Positions 27,481 through 37,608 of a DNA stretch of 64,000 bases are shown in pieces. This stretch comes from Candidatus Marinacidobacterales bacterium. GTDB lineage: Bacteria; Acidobacteriota; Vicinamibacteria; Marinacidobacterales; DATDRI01. Position 1 is the stretch's first letter. Each line of letters starts with the position of its first letter. The DNA lies in contig OZ245365.1 in NCBI GenBank assembly GCA_965226495.1, forward strand, positions 3,040,001-3,104,000, read 5' to 3'. Below the pieces are notes generated by a model, which had not been told where the DNA came from, made no database searches, and was given only the letters and a program-made list of their open reading frames with translations. The translations under genes and the position numbers were made by a program.

Positions 27481-29601
27481 TCAAGCCTCCTTCTCCAAAG
27501 CGGCAATGACCCGCTCCGCCGTCAGCGGCAGTTGCGGTACGCGCACTCCGATCGCGTTCGCGACCGCATTCGAGAGGGCGGCACCCGGCGAGATAACCGA
27601 AGGTTCGCCCATGCCGATGACGCCTCGCTCGTCGAATCCAGGACCGGTCATCAAGTGAACGACGACCTCGCCGATGTCTCCGATCCCGGGAAGCTTGTAG
27701 AACTCCAAGTCGGCGTTGAGCAAACGACCGGTCACCGGGTCGAATATCTTTTCTTCGGTCAGGGCATAGGCGATCCCCATGATGACCGCTCCGTAGACCT
27801 GGCTCTCGGTGGTCTGGAGATCGATGATGAGGCCGCAATCTTGCACCGCCGCAAACTTGTTGATGCGCACCACGCCCGTTTCCATGTCCACCGACACGTC
27901 TGCCATCTGGACGCCGCCGGTACCGCTGTCGTTGAGCTTGCCCGGGCCCGGGTTGCCACCGGTAACGGTAATGGGATTAACACCGAGCTTCGACGCCGCC
28001 TCTTTCCAGCTCAGTCTCCGGGCAGGGTCGGCTTTGACTCGAATCACTCCCTCCCTGGCTTCGAGATCGTCCGCGGTGGCCTCGAGATAGGGAGCGATTC
28101 TCTCGAAAAACTGCTCCCGAGCATCTAGCGCTCCCCGACGAGACGAGCCTGTCACGCCTCCCACCGTGGTACTCCCTCCCGACGGCCCCGACGCCACGTA
28201 GCGGCTGTCGCCGAGGGAAACTTTCACCGACTCGAGCGGGATACCGAAAGTCTCCGCCACGACGATGCCCACCACGGTGCGCGTGCCGGTTCCAATATCT
28301 TGGCTGGCGAGTCGGGCCTCCACCAGACCGTCCGGGTACACGATGACTTCGCAGTTGCTTCGGTGGGCGCGCCCGCCGAAGGTGTGCATCGACATACCCA
28401 AGCCGCGTCGGATCGCACCACTCCCCTCGCCCCGTGGATGCCAGTTCTTCTTCCAGTCGATGAGCTCTGCCGCCTTGTGGATTTCCTTTTCTAGATCGGC
28501 CGCGCGGGATCCGGTGGCCGAGATGTTCTTGAGAAAGAAATCCATCGGATCCATCTGAAGCTCGGCGGCCAGGTCTTCGAGCGCCGCCATCGTGATGAGG
28601 CAGCCCTGAGGATGATTCGGCGCCCGCCAGGCGCGCGCGGCGCCGACGTTGGCGGGAACGGACGTATGTTGATGGGACTGGTTCGCGAACCGAAAGGGGT
28701 ACGGAAGCAGCGGCGTTCCGGTCCCTTGAACGCCTCCGGTCCCCCAAGACTTCGACGACCATGCGGTGACCGTCCCATCTCTCGATGCCCCTACCTCCAC
28801 TTCGGCAAAAGCGGAGGGCCGGCCTCCGGCGACGGCGAGCTCGGCGTCGCGCTCCAGCATCAGCTTTACCGGGGCGTTCGTTTCTCTGGCCAGTTCCACA
28901 CATTCGATGCCCCAGCGATCGGGACTGAACTTGCTGCCGAAACCCCCACCCAAGTGCTGTGTCACGCAGCGGACGTTCGAGGCGGGTACTCCGACCTTCT
29001 CGGCGATCTGGCCGGGAAGCCCGGAGACGCTTTGGGTGGACGCCCAGACGGTCACGTTTTCCGCGTCCTGCCATTCACTCACTTGGCCGTGTGGCTCGAG
29101 ACAACAGTGAGCGACCATCGGAAGGCCGTACGTGTCCTTGATCTTGAATGCCGCCGCCGTCATCGCCGACGCGGGATCGCCGGTCGTCGCTTGCTGAGCC
29201 GGTTTGGTTTCTGGCGCCGCACCGATGTTCTCCTCGGTCACGTAGTGCGGAAGCACTTCGTACTGGACCTGAATCGCTCGAATCGCATCGCCGGCAATTT
29301 CCTCGGTCGTGGCCGCGACAACCGCGACTTCATCCAGAGACCACTGAATCTCCGCGCCAACGTCCTGTATGACCCGCACCGCCCGGACCCCAGGCATGCT
29401 CTTGGCGGCGGCGACATCGATGCTCGTGATGCGAGCATGGGCGTGCGGGCAACGGAGCACCCTCGCGAAGAGCATCCCGGGCCGATTGATGTCATATGAA
29501 TATTTAGCAGCGCCCGTCGACTTGGCCGGACCGTCGACCCTGGTGAGGCGCTTTCCAATGAGGTGTCGATCTTTCGCTTCTGGCCATTTGTACTCAGCCA
29601 T
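27481..29601 (-). CDS. Xanthine dehydrogenase family molybdopterin-binding subunit
   Basis: 706 aa; KSTGAAKY, HCCLEPH, GGGFGSK, AWRAP, QDIGTG, GGSTT, catalytic GMGEP. Confidence 0.92.
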   Translation of the reverse strand: MAEYKWPEAKDRHLIGKRLTRVDGPAKSTGAAKYSYDINRPGMLFARVLRCPHAHARITSIDVAAAKSMPGVRAVRVIQDVGAEIQWSLDEVAVVAATTEEIAGDAIRAIQVQYEVLPHYVTEENIGAAPETKPAQQATTGDPASAMTAAAFKIKDTYGLPMVAHCCLEPHGQVSEWQDAENVTVWASTQSVSGLPGQIAEKVGVPASNVRCVTQHLGGGFGSKFSPDRWGIECVELARETNAPVKLMLERDAELAVAGGRPSAFAEVEVGASRDGTVTAWSSKSWGTGGVQGTGTPLLPYPFRFANQSHQHTSVPANVGAARAWRAPNHPQGCLITMAALEDLAAELQMDPMDFFLKNISATGSRAADLEKEIHKAAELIDWKKNWHPRGEGSGAIRRGLGMSMHTFGGRAHRSNCEVIVYPDGLVEARLASQDIGTGTRTVVGIVVAETFGIPLESVKVSLGDSRYVASGPSGGSTTVGGVTGSSRRGALDAREQFFERIAPYLEATADDLEAREGVIRVKADPARRLSWKEAASKLGVNPITVTGGNPGPGKLNDSGTGGVQMADVSVDMETGVVRINKFAAVQDCGLIIDLQTTESQVYGAVIMGIAYALTEEKIFDPVTGRLLNADLEFYKLPGIGDIGEVVVHLMTGPGFDERGVIGMGEPSVISPGAALSNAVANAIGVRVPQLPLTAERVIAALEKEA

Positions 29602-29659
29602 GGATCGCTCCTTCCCCCGCCACGTCGAGAATAGCCTTGCGAATTCCCATGTAGGTCCC
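29594..29659 (-). pseudogene. C-terminal remnant of a (2Fe-2S) small subunit
   Basis: GTYMGIRKAILDVAGEGAIHG*, matching the sequence after CRC in CoxS/XdhC-type subunits; stop overlaps the large-subunit ATG; no Cys motifs upstream. Confidence 0.65.
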
Positions 29660-29793
29660 GGCGATCAACCCGGTGGTCACCGTACCATCGTTTCGGAAAG
29701 TAGTTTGCGAAATACCATGCAGGTGTATGCGAGTCAAGTAGGGACGACCTTATCCTCTAGAGAACATCAAGCCTGGCACACAGTCAAACACCA

Positions 29794-31155
29794 TCAGTCA
29801 GCAATTGACTGATAGGCCAGAACTCGAATTTGGTCATGAAGTCTGTATCTGTTTTGCCAAGACGCTAGCTGGGTCATGACAATAACTATCAGCTCTTCTT
29901 CAGGATCTACATGAAAATATGTGCCAAACGCTCCTCCCCAAAAGTATGCTCCCAATGATCCCAATGTTCCCAATTCAATTAAGTCGGTTGTGACTCCAAC
30001 GTGGAGGCCGTAGCCATAGCTTCCGACTCCCCGTTGGACAGGAGGAAATCTACCGACGTGATCCAACGTCATCAATTCCACAGTCTTACGGCTGAGAACC
30101 CTGGCATCGTCCAACTCGCCCATGTTGAGCAGCATCTGACAAAAACGGACGTAGTCAGTGGCTGTAGAGACGAGGCCTCCCCGGGGAATGAAATAGCGCC
30201 TGGAACCATGAATCCAAGAACTTCTGCTTGGCGAGTCAGCTAGTTTCAGTCCCTCTTCCTCACTCTGGGAATAGACTGAAGTGAGACGAGATGCCTTTTC
30301 CTCCGGAAGAAAAAAATAAGTATCCTCCATCCGCAATTGCGAAAATATCCGTTCCTGGAAAAACCTGTCCAGAGGCATGCCCGAGACGACTTCAACCAGA
30401 TAACCGAGAACATCGGTCGACCAGTTGTATCCCCACTGGGTACCCGGATGGAAGCTTAGCGGCAATGTTGCCAATATTTTCATCGAGTCTGCAAGAGACA
30501 TATCGGGATGCGGATGGCAGGTCTCGGGTCGAAGGAAGGGCTCTAGTTTCTGCTGGAAGAGATCTGCAGTGAGCCATCTCTTATCCTGAGACGTTATTCC
30601 CGAGGTGTGAGTCAATAAATCCATAATTGTGATCTCTCGTTTCGCGGGAACGGTTATGAACTTTGCCCCGCTCTTATCTCCGGGTGGCGGCGGGATGGCA
30701 ACCTTGGGATTCTTGAATTCTGGAATAAATTTCGATATGGGGTCAGACAGTAAGAAATGCCCTTCCTCAAACAGCATCATGACAGCCACAGCTGTAATCG
30801 GTTTTGTCATCGAGGCAATCCGAAAGATGGCGTCCGTGCTCATTGGCTTCCGGGCTTCCAAATCCATCATCCCCAACGCGTCCAGATGGGCAATTCTGCC
30901 GTGCCGGGCAATCAGAATTACGGACCCGGGAATCTCTTGACGATCTATGAATCCTTGAACAACTGGGCGAATTCGCGCCAGCCGTTCTGAGGACATCCCG
31001 ACCTCCTCCGGCTTTGCATTAGGCATACCCAGTGCTCTTGCCTCGACATCGTCGGAAACGGTGTGGCAACTCAACAGCATGACTGCCAAAAAACCGTGAG
31101 TAGATAAGATGAGGCTTTTTGAAATAATGTTGGAGAATCCTAGTTTTGTTAACAT
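29794..31155 (-). CDS. Serine hydrolase, beta-lactamase-related family, probable lipoprotein
   Basis: FRIASMTK (SxxK), LLTHTSG, PG.QWGY, WGGAFGT; lipobox LLSC; start ATG 31155 by RBS; lower GC. Confidence 0.9.
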   Translation of the reverse strand: MLTKLGFSNIISKSLILSTHGFLAVMLLSCHTVSDDVEARALGMPNAKPEEVGMSSERLARIRPVVQGFIDRQEIPGSVILIARHGRIAHLDALGMMDLEARKPMSTDAIFRIASMTKPITAVAVMMLFEEGHFLLSDPISKFIPEFKNPKVAIPPPPGDKSGAKFITVPAKREITIMDLLTHTSGITSQDKRWLTADLFQQKLEPFLRPETCHPHPDMSLADSMKILATLPLSFHPGTQWGYNWSTDVLGYLVEVVSGMPLDRFFQERIFSQLRMEDTYFFLPEEKASRLTSVYSQSEEEGLKLADSPSRSSWIHGSRRYFIPRGGLVSTATDYVRFCQMLLNMGELDDARVLSRKTVELMTLDHVGRFPPVQRGVGSYGYGLHVGVTTDLIELGTLGSLGAYFWGGAFGTYFHVDPEEELIVIVMTQLASWQNRYRLHDQIRVLAYQSIAD

Positions 31156-31235
31156 GAACAATCTCCTCTACAACTCAGATGCAGGCGGATTGGGCGAAAA
31201 ACGTTGTTGTTCAGATTCAAAATGAAAAAGTGAGC

Positions 31236-32483
31236 CTAGCTCGCAGAGCTTCGACCGGCCGGTCCGGTCTCACTCACCATGAACGACAAGAAGACCCCCA
31301 CGCCAAGGGCTGCTCCCAACAAGCCCACCACCACGAAGAACTGTTGGGGCGTCGTCGTATCGTAGCTCCCCAGGATCGATCCCAGGACTGGGGATGCCGC
31401 GATCCCGAAGAAACAACCCACAGAGATGATAAGACCCTCGCACGCGCCGACCTGGTCCTTCGAGACCCCCGGTAGCTCGAGCGGCAAGGCGAACAACAGA
31501 ACCTGAATCGCCGCGAGGCAAAACCCGATCAAAAGGACCATCGCCCAGAAGAGCCACCCCAGGGGAACCACGATCAGACCGAAGAATAGCAGGCAAGTGA
31601 GGAGAGCCGGGCCGATCAAGAACGGTCGACGCCTCCCGACCCGATCGGAAAGTCCGGACACGGAAAGCGCCCCGAACACAAAGCCCACCATCGTTAACGC
31701 AACCACCTGGCCAGCCGTTTCTTCCGCGGCCCCTTTAGCGATCACCAGGTACGGAAAACCGAAGGCCAGCCAGCCCAAAACACCGATCTGAGTCACGGCG
31801 CCGAGTCCGACCAAGAGCCTCACGTCTCGTTGGCTCGCTACCGAGCGAAAACTTCGGAGCATGTCGGCGACTCCTCCCGAAGCGCCATGCCCCGACGCTG
31901 CACGGGAGGATCTTTTGCCGAGGACGAGCCAGGCGAGAAAAGCAACTGTCCCGATCGCACCGGCTGTTAGGAACAGCTCTCCCCATTTCTCGCCGAACAC
32001 GGGTATCGCGAACCAGAAGACGGTGAGCACGCCGATGGAAGCGCCGGACGTATAAAACCCCACCGCTCGTCCCAATTCGTGTGGCGGGAACCACTCGGAG
32101 ACCGCCTTGGGCATGCCACTCAACAGAAAGGCGTAACCGATTCCAAAGGCGAAAGTGGCAAGACAGAGCCACGCAAATGTAGGAGCTATTCCCCGCCCCA
32201 AGGCGAACACGGCCATCAGCAGCAGCGCGAACCCCACCCCGGCGCGAGCTCCGAAGCGATCGACCAGTATGCCGGCCGGGATCGAGAAGAGACCCATGGC
32301 CAGCAACGGCAGGTTGATCCAGGTGGCCAACTGTGCAGCGCTTAGCCCGAATTCTTTGGCCACCGAGAGCTGGACCGGGCCACCCGATAGCTGGGTGAGC
32401 GCACCGCTGGTGTTGGCGAGCCAGATCAGAAAGATAATGACCCAGCGATAGCCTACGGCGTCCGTCTTTGGCTCCGAGCTCAC
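31236..32483 (-). CDS. MFS transporter
   Basis: 12 TM pattern; G.LVDRFG.R and LSDRVGRRRP loops, EWFP..E.GRA.G; start moved to GTG 32483. Confidence 0.87.
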   Translation of the reverse strand: MSSEPKTDAVGYRWVIIFLIWLANTSGALTQLSGGPVQLSVAKEFGLSAAQLATWINLPLLAMGLFSIPAGILVDRFGARAGVGFALLLMAVFALGRGIAPTFAWLCLATFAFGIGYAFLLSGMPKAVSEWFPPHELGRAVGFYTSGASIGVLTVFWFAIPVFGEKWGELFLTAGAIGTVAFLAWLVLGKRSSRAASGHGASGGVADMLRSFRSVASQRDVRLLVGLGAVTQIGVLGWLAFGFPYLVIAKGAAEETAGQVVALTMVGFVFGALSVSGLSDRVGRRRPFLIGPALLTCLLFFGLIVVPLGWLFWAMVLLIGFCLAAIQVLLFALPLELPGVSKDQVGACEGLIISVGCFFGIAASPVLGSILGSYDTTTPQQFFVVVGLLGAALGVGVFLSFMVSETGPAGRSSAS

Positions 32484-32599
32484 TGCGACGCCCCAGCGGC
32501 GGCCAAGTCCTTCAAAAAGAATCTGCGGTGGATTGGCATGCGACCTCCACGGATGTCTAGTCTCAACCGAGTGTGCTAGTTTGGGCTCGATAGAGCGCA

Positions 32600-34006
32600 A
32601 TGGGCAAGGCATTTTCCCTCATCTGTCTCGTTCTCGCCATCCACGCGAGCATGGGGTGTGAATCGCGGCTCGCGAGCCCTCAACTGTTAGTCGCGAACGC
32701 CACGCTGATTGACGGCACAGGCGCCGCTCCACGGATAGGGGTGGATGTCTTGCTTCGGGACGGCGAGATCGTAGCCATTGAAGAAGAGCTGCGGCCGACC
32801 GGCCCTTTCGAGGTTCTCGATGCTACCGGTAAGTTTCTCGTACCTGGATTGATCGACGCGCACGTCCACCTGGACGCCCCGATCGTTTACCAGATAACAG
32901 AACAAGAACGTTCCCGGATTTTGGAACATACACCGCGAGCGTTTCTCTATAACGGCGTCACGACGGTGCTGGATCTCTCCTCGTACGTGTCCGGGGAACC
33001 GGGTGAGATTTTGGCGAAACGCACCGCTCAGAAAGCCGGGCGTCTATTGTCCCCTCGCATCTACGCCGTGGGGCTGGCCTTCACGCCAAAAAGCGGATGG
33101 GGGCCGGACGGCGAGAGCGCTCTCAGCAGCGCCGATGAGGCTCGAAACCGAGCTCGGCGCTACGCAGCGGACGGGGTGGACGGGTTCAAGATCATGGTGG
33201 TGGATGATGTGCTGGACTCGGGAGCACTTCGGGAGAAGCTGGACCAGATGGTGGGTGCCGTAGTGCAGGAAGCGCGCCGCGCCCACCTCCCGGTCTATGC
33301 TCATGCGGTCAACCTGAGGGAATACCGGCGCGCCCTCGAGCTCACGCCCCGGGCGATCGTTCACGGCCTGGAAGACGAGATCACGGGTGACGATGCCCTC
33401 ATCGGTGAGATAGTCCGAACCGGAACCTACATCGTCCCGACTCTGAGCCTCTTCGAGTCCTTCAACCGATTCGAAGGCAACGAGACGTGGTTCGAGGATG
33501 CAATCCTGAAGGCGAGCGTTCCCTCGTTCTTGCTCGACAAGATGCGCGCCCCCGACTACATCGCAGAGGAACGACGGCGATTTTCGTCCAACGGCTTCCC
33601 CAAGACCGCCCCGGAGAGAAACGACCCCTACGCATGGGTCGTGAAGAAGCTCCCGGTGCTGAAAGAAAATGTGACGAAGATGCATCGAGCGGGCGTCAAG
33701 CTGGCGGTAGGCACCGATGCCGGCGGACGAGTGGGCTACAATTTCCAAGGCTATCAGACGCCCCGAGAGGTGGAGTTGTTGGTTGAGTGCGGACTCACTC
33801 CGATGGAGGCGATCGTCGCCGCGACACGGACCGGCGCCGAAGTGATTGGAGCGAGCGACCGCCTCGGGACCATCGAGCCGGGCAAGGTAGCCGACCTATT
33901 GGTTTTGAGCGCCGACCCCACCGAAGACATCCATCACTTGCGACAGATCGAGCTCGTCATCCAGGAAGGTCAGGTTCGGGAGAGATCGGAGCTCTCCTAC
34001 CATTAG
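32600..34006 (+). CDS. Secreted amidohydrolase family protein
   Basis: Signal/lipobox; PGLIDAHVH, FKI, YAH, VHG, VGTDAG, GKVADL. Confidence 0.88.
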   Translation: MGKAFSLICLVLAIHASMGCESRLASPQLLVANATLIDGTGAAPRIGVDVLLRDGEIVAIEEELRPTGPFEVLDATGKFLVPGLIDAHVHLDAPIVYQITEQERSRILEHTPRAFLYNGVTTVLDLSSYVSGEPGEILAKRTAQKAGRLLSPRIYAVGLAFTPKSGWGPDGESALSSADEARNRARRYAADGVDGFKIMVVDDVLDSGALREKLDQMVGAVVQEARRAHLPVYAHAVNLREYRRALELTPRAIVHGLEDEITGDDALIGEIVRTGTYIVPTLSLFESFNRFEGNETWFEDAILKASVPSFLLDKMRAPDYIAEERRRFSSNGFPKTAPERNDPYAWVVKKLPVLKENVTKMHRAGVKLAVGTDAGGRVGYNFQGYQTPREVELLVECGLTPMEAIVAATRTGAEVIGASDRLGTIEPGKVADLLVLSADPTEDIHHLRQIELVIQEGQVRERSELSYH

Positions 34007-34080
34007 TGGAGACTATTGAGATCCGCTGGCTCGGGCGAGTGGCCGGTCGAAGGGAGGCGAATGCAGGCCAAAGCCTGTAG

Positions 34081-34117
34081 AGAGAAAAAGGCCGGCTGCG
34101 GTTTCCCGCAGCCGGCC
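34081..34117 (-). terminator. Intrinsic terminator after TonB receptor 2
   Basis: Same 12-bp hairpin as 8441-8468, followed by TTTTTCTCT on the minus strand; lies between convergent genes. Confidence 0.78.
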
Positions 34118-37100
34118 TGCAAGTGATCAGAGCTGAGCTACCTAGAAGTCGACCTTAAAGCCGATCTGGACCTCACGACCCGGGAAGGGCTCGACGGTGC
34201 TGCCGAAGACATTACCCGTACAGCCGCCCGGATCGGGCAGACCGTTGCCGGTCGAGTCTTGACAGGTCGAGTTCAGCACGAACGGGTTCGCACGGTTCGT
34301 CAGGTTGAAGAACTCGATGAGCGCCGTGAAGTTGTTCCCTTCTCCGAACGGCAGGTTCCACGCCAGCCGGAAATCGATGTTGAAGAAGTCCGGTCCAAAG
34401 AACTCACCCTTCTCCGTTCCGATGAGACGATTGTCGAAGATGTCGTCTCCGTCGGTGTCGAACGGAAGCCCCGCCGCATTGAACGGGCGACCCGACTGCC
34501 AGTCCGCCCGACCCGAGATGTCAAAGCCGGCAGGTAGTCGATACAAACCGCTGAAGACCATCACATGCTTCGGTGTGTTCAAGCTGACGCCAATGTCACG
34601 CTCTGGAAAGTTGTTCCACAGGAAGCTGATCTCGGCGCCGCGCGGCGGCACTCTCAGCGTCGAGAAGTTGTCGGTAGCGTCGGTGAACGTATAGCTCAGC
34701 AAGAAGTTGTAGTTATTGCGGAATCGCTTCTGCAACGCAAGGGTCAACGCATTGGTATCCAGGAAACCGAGGTTTTCGATCTCGCCGAGACACGGCCCTG
34801 GGCCGTCCACCGTATTCGCGGTGCAGCTGCCAGCGATAGGCTCCAGAAGCAGGTTGACGATGCGACGCGACAGAAGATCCTTCGAACGTCGGATGTGAAA
34901 CTCGGCGTCAATGGTGAAGTCGTCGGTCAGCGCCTGCTCCACTCCGAAGTTCAGCGCATCGGTGTAAGGCAACGAATGGTCGTCCGATAGAGTCGTGATC
35001 CGGGTCACCTCAACGTCGAGCTGACGGAACAAGAAAGCCAACGGACGGTTGTTGACGATACTCGCGTCACCTCGCTGCTCGAGATACGTGAACTGCTCAC
35101 CTGCCCCGAACGGATGGGGAAAGGCGTCATTGAGGATCGCCACCGCTGCTTCCGGCGAGAGCCTTCCTCCGGTTAGCTCCGGAATGCTGTCGTAGGTCAG
35201 CACCGGCGGCAGCGTCGGATCGTCCACCTTGATGCCCAGAAGGTCGTAGATGACGTAGGGATTACCCTGTCCGGTGATCACAGAGTCTTCTACAGTTTTG
35301 CCGTCGCGGTTGATCAGGAACGTACCCGGTGAGGTCAGCGTAAAGCCCTCCGGCATGATTTGCTCGAAGAGCGACGGGTTCGTCAGCACACGGCTGTTCG
35401 ACGCCTGCAGGGGGCCGAACGCTCCCAGCGCAGGATTGTTGTAGAAGGAAGCGCCTCGAGGAATGGTCTGCACCGACTGTCCCGCGGTCTGGATACCGCC
35501 CAACTCCGGTGTGAACGCGATCACCTCGGCAACGCTTACATCGTAGAACCGACCCCAGCCGGCGCGGAGGATCGTCCGTCCTTCCTGCTTCAAGTCATAG
35601 GCAATTCCGGTGCGCCATGCCACGCCACCGCTGCTGAACAAGCTGGCGTAGTCCCAACGGACTCCGAGATTCAGAGTGATCCCGGGTTTCGGCTCCCAAG
35701 AATCCTGACCGTAAGCGGCCCAGTTGTTCGTGCTACCGATCGCCCGGTTGTTGTCCGGCCCGGAGCCCTCCACGATGACGGTGTTCCCTATCTGCGCGCT
35801 GATGTCGTAGCCGAGTGCCTCGAAGTTGGTATCCAGAGCCGAGTTGCCGATGATGATGCTTTGCGGCGGTTGGAAGAAATGATCGATCGCCACGTGATCG
35901 AGGTCGATGCCGAACTTGAAGGCATGACTGCCCGTGCTCTCCGAGTCCATGAAGTACGACAAATGCTCCTGCCATTGCCACCGCTCTTGAGAACGATCGA
36001 TCTGACCCACTCCGGATGAATTGGACACGAAGATTTGGAAATTGGGTTGGAAGATCAGCGGGAACAGCTGCTCCGCAGTTGCCGGTTTGTCGGCGTTCTC
36101 TAGGTAGCTGCTATCCCAATACCGGATAGACGACTCCAAGAACGACGTGTCGCTGAAGAATCCCGTGTGACGAGCGTTGAGGCTGTTGGTGTTCCGGTCG
36201 ATGTCCGATGCCGTCGAGGGCAGCGTGATCGTCCCCGGCGGCGGTGAACCGAATAACGCCGTCGCAGGCGGCTGGAAGTCATTCTGCGACCCGCGGTTCA
36301 GGTTCCACGTCACGAACACCTGATTCTTCGCGTTGAACCGGTGATCGAACTTGAACAAGTTCGTGATCCTCGAGTCCTCGGGAACCGCATCCAGAGGCTC
36401 ACCACCCGTGGCCGGCGAAAAATAGCCCGCCTGCAAAATCGGCGTCAGGACCGACTGGTCCAAATTGGACCCACGGCTTTCCTTCACGTACTGGAACGCA
36501 TCGAAGAAAAACGTGCTGTCCGTCTTAATCGGACCACCGATCGTCCCGCCAACCTCGTATCGCTCGAGCGCTGGGACGTCCTGACCGTCGACGTTCGACG
36601 AGTTCAGCGAATCGTCCCGGATGAAAAAGAACCCCCGCGCGTCGACCTGGTTCGTTCCAGAGCGCGTCACGATGTTCGTCACCGCACCCGACGCCCGGCC
36701 GTACTCTGCCGGATACCCTGCCAGGTAGACCTTGAACTCCTGAATCGCGTCCTGCACGAAAAACTCCGCCGCACCACGCGTCCACAGGTCGTTGGCATCG
36801 TTTCCGTCGATCAGGAACGAGTTCGAGATCGCTCGCTCACCGAAGACGGTGAACGTCGTCCCCTGGTCTGAGGCCGAAGGCCGTTTCGCCACACCCGGAA
36901 CCAACTCGACGAGATCGATGAACTCCCGACCCTTCAACGGAATGTTGTCGATCGTCCTGTTGTCGATAGGAACGCCGAGACCTGATTCCTTCACTCGAAC
37001 AGGGGCGGAGTCGGCCATGACCGTAATCGTCTCTTCCACTCCCGCGAGTTGAAGCGAGACCGAGACACGGACCGTCGTCCCGACCGGCACAGTAATGCTG

Positions 37101-37329
37101 GTCACCGTTTCCGTCGCAAAACCCGACAACTCTACTTTGACCTGATACGTACCGGCCTGGAGAGCCGGTATGAAGTACCCGCCCGAACCATCCGTCGTCA
37201 CCGTCACCGTGCCGCGAATCAGCGCCGGGCTGCTCGCGGTCACGGTCGCTCCAGGCAATACCGCTCCGCCTTGGTCGCTGACCGTCCCTTCGATGGTACC
37301 GGTAATGCCCTGCGCCGTAACCACGGATG
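34081..37329 (-). repeat. Copy 2 of the 3.25-kb receptor duplication
   Basis: Collinear with 8432-11680; about 730 bp block (36470-37198) reads as identical. Confidence 0.95.
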
Positions 37330-37384
37330 CCGTGGCGACAGCCATCAAGGCTAAGAGGAAGATACGTAGAAACAATGACTTCAT
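34142..37384 (-). CDS. TonB-dependent receptor, Oar-like; near-duplicate of 8493-11738
   Basis: 1080 aa; different signal peptide, nearly identical mature protein. Confidence 0.93.
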   Translation of the reverse strand: MKSLFLRIFLLALMAVATASVVTAQGITGTIEGTVSDQGGAVLPGATVTASSPALIRGTVTVTTDGSGGYFIPALQAGTYQVKVELSGFATETVTSITVPVGTTVRVSVSLQLAGVEETITVMADSAPVRVKESGLGVPIDNRTIDNIPLKGREFIDLVELVPGVAKRPSASDQGTTFTVFGERAISNSFLIDGNDANDLWTRGAAEFFVQDAIQEFKVYLAGYPAEYGRASGAVTNIVTRSGTNQVDARGFFFIRDDSLNSSNVDGQDVPALERYEVGGTIGGPIKTDSTFFFDAFQYVKESRGSNLDQSVLTPILQAGYFSPATGGEPLDAVPEDSRITNLFKFDHRFNAKNQVFVTWNLNRGSQNDFQPPATALFGSPPPGTITLPSTASDIDRNTNSLNARHTGFFSDTSFLESSIRYWDSSYLENADKPATAEQLFPLIFQPNFQIFVSNSSGVGQIDRSQERWQWQEHLSYFMDSESTGSHAFKFGIDLDHVAIDHFFQPPQSIIIGNSALDTNFEALGYDISAQIGNTVIVEGSGPDNNRAIGSTNNWAAYGQDSWEPKPGITLNLGVRWDYASLFSSGGVAWRTGIAYDLKQEGRTILRAGWGRFYDVSVAEVIAFTPELGGIQTAGQSVQTIPRGASFYNNPALGAFGPLQASNSRVLTNPSLFEQIMPEGFTLTSPGTFLINRDGKTVEDSVITGQGNPYVIYDLLGIKVDDPTLPPVLTYDSIPELTGGRLSPEAAVAILNDAFPHPFGAGEQFTYLEQRGDASIVNNRPLAFLFRQLDVEVTRITTLSDDHSLPYTDALNFGVEQALTDDFTIDAEFHIRRSKDLLSRRIVNLLLEPIAGSCTANTVDGPGPCLGEIENLGFLDTNALTLALQKRFRNNYNFLLSYTFTDATDNFSTLRVPPRGAEISFLWNNFPERDIGVSLNTPKHVMVFSGLYRLPAGFDISGRADWQSGRPFNAAGLPFDTDGDDIFDNRLIGTEKGEFFGPDFFNIDFRLAWNLPFGEGNNFTALIEFFNLTNRANPFVLNSTCQDSTGNGLPDPGGCTGNVFGSTVEPFPGREVQIGFKVDF

Positions 37385-37608
37385 CGGTGATTCTCCTATT
37401 GAGGGTGTTTGAGGATAGCCCCGATACGCGCTCGGGAAGACCCCTGGTGTGGCGAAAAAAACAGTGCTGGCGAATCCTGACCCAATATATTGGCGCTCTC
37501 AGCCGGCGGCATGGAGTCCCAGCTTCGAACCCCACCACGGGCATATCTGCCGGATCCTAAGCGGTTCATCCACGCCAGTCAAGTGGTTTATGGCTGGACG
37601 GGCGCCCC

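Noticed and set aside
29794-31155. Antibiotic-resistance beta-lactamase
   Set aside because: SxxK/LLTHTSG/WGG motifs fit the broad esterase/amidase-like serine hydrolase group; class C YxN and KTG motifs are absent
8493-37384. Diversity-generating retroelement (TR/VR) explanation for the receptor duplicates
   Set aside because: No reverse transcriptase in the window; differences are spread, often synonymous and not adenine-specific
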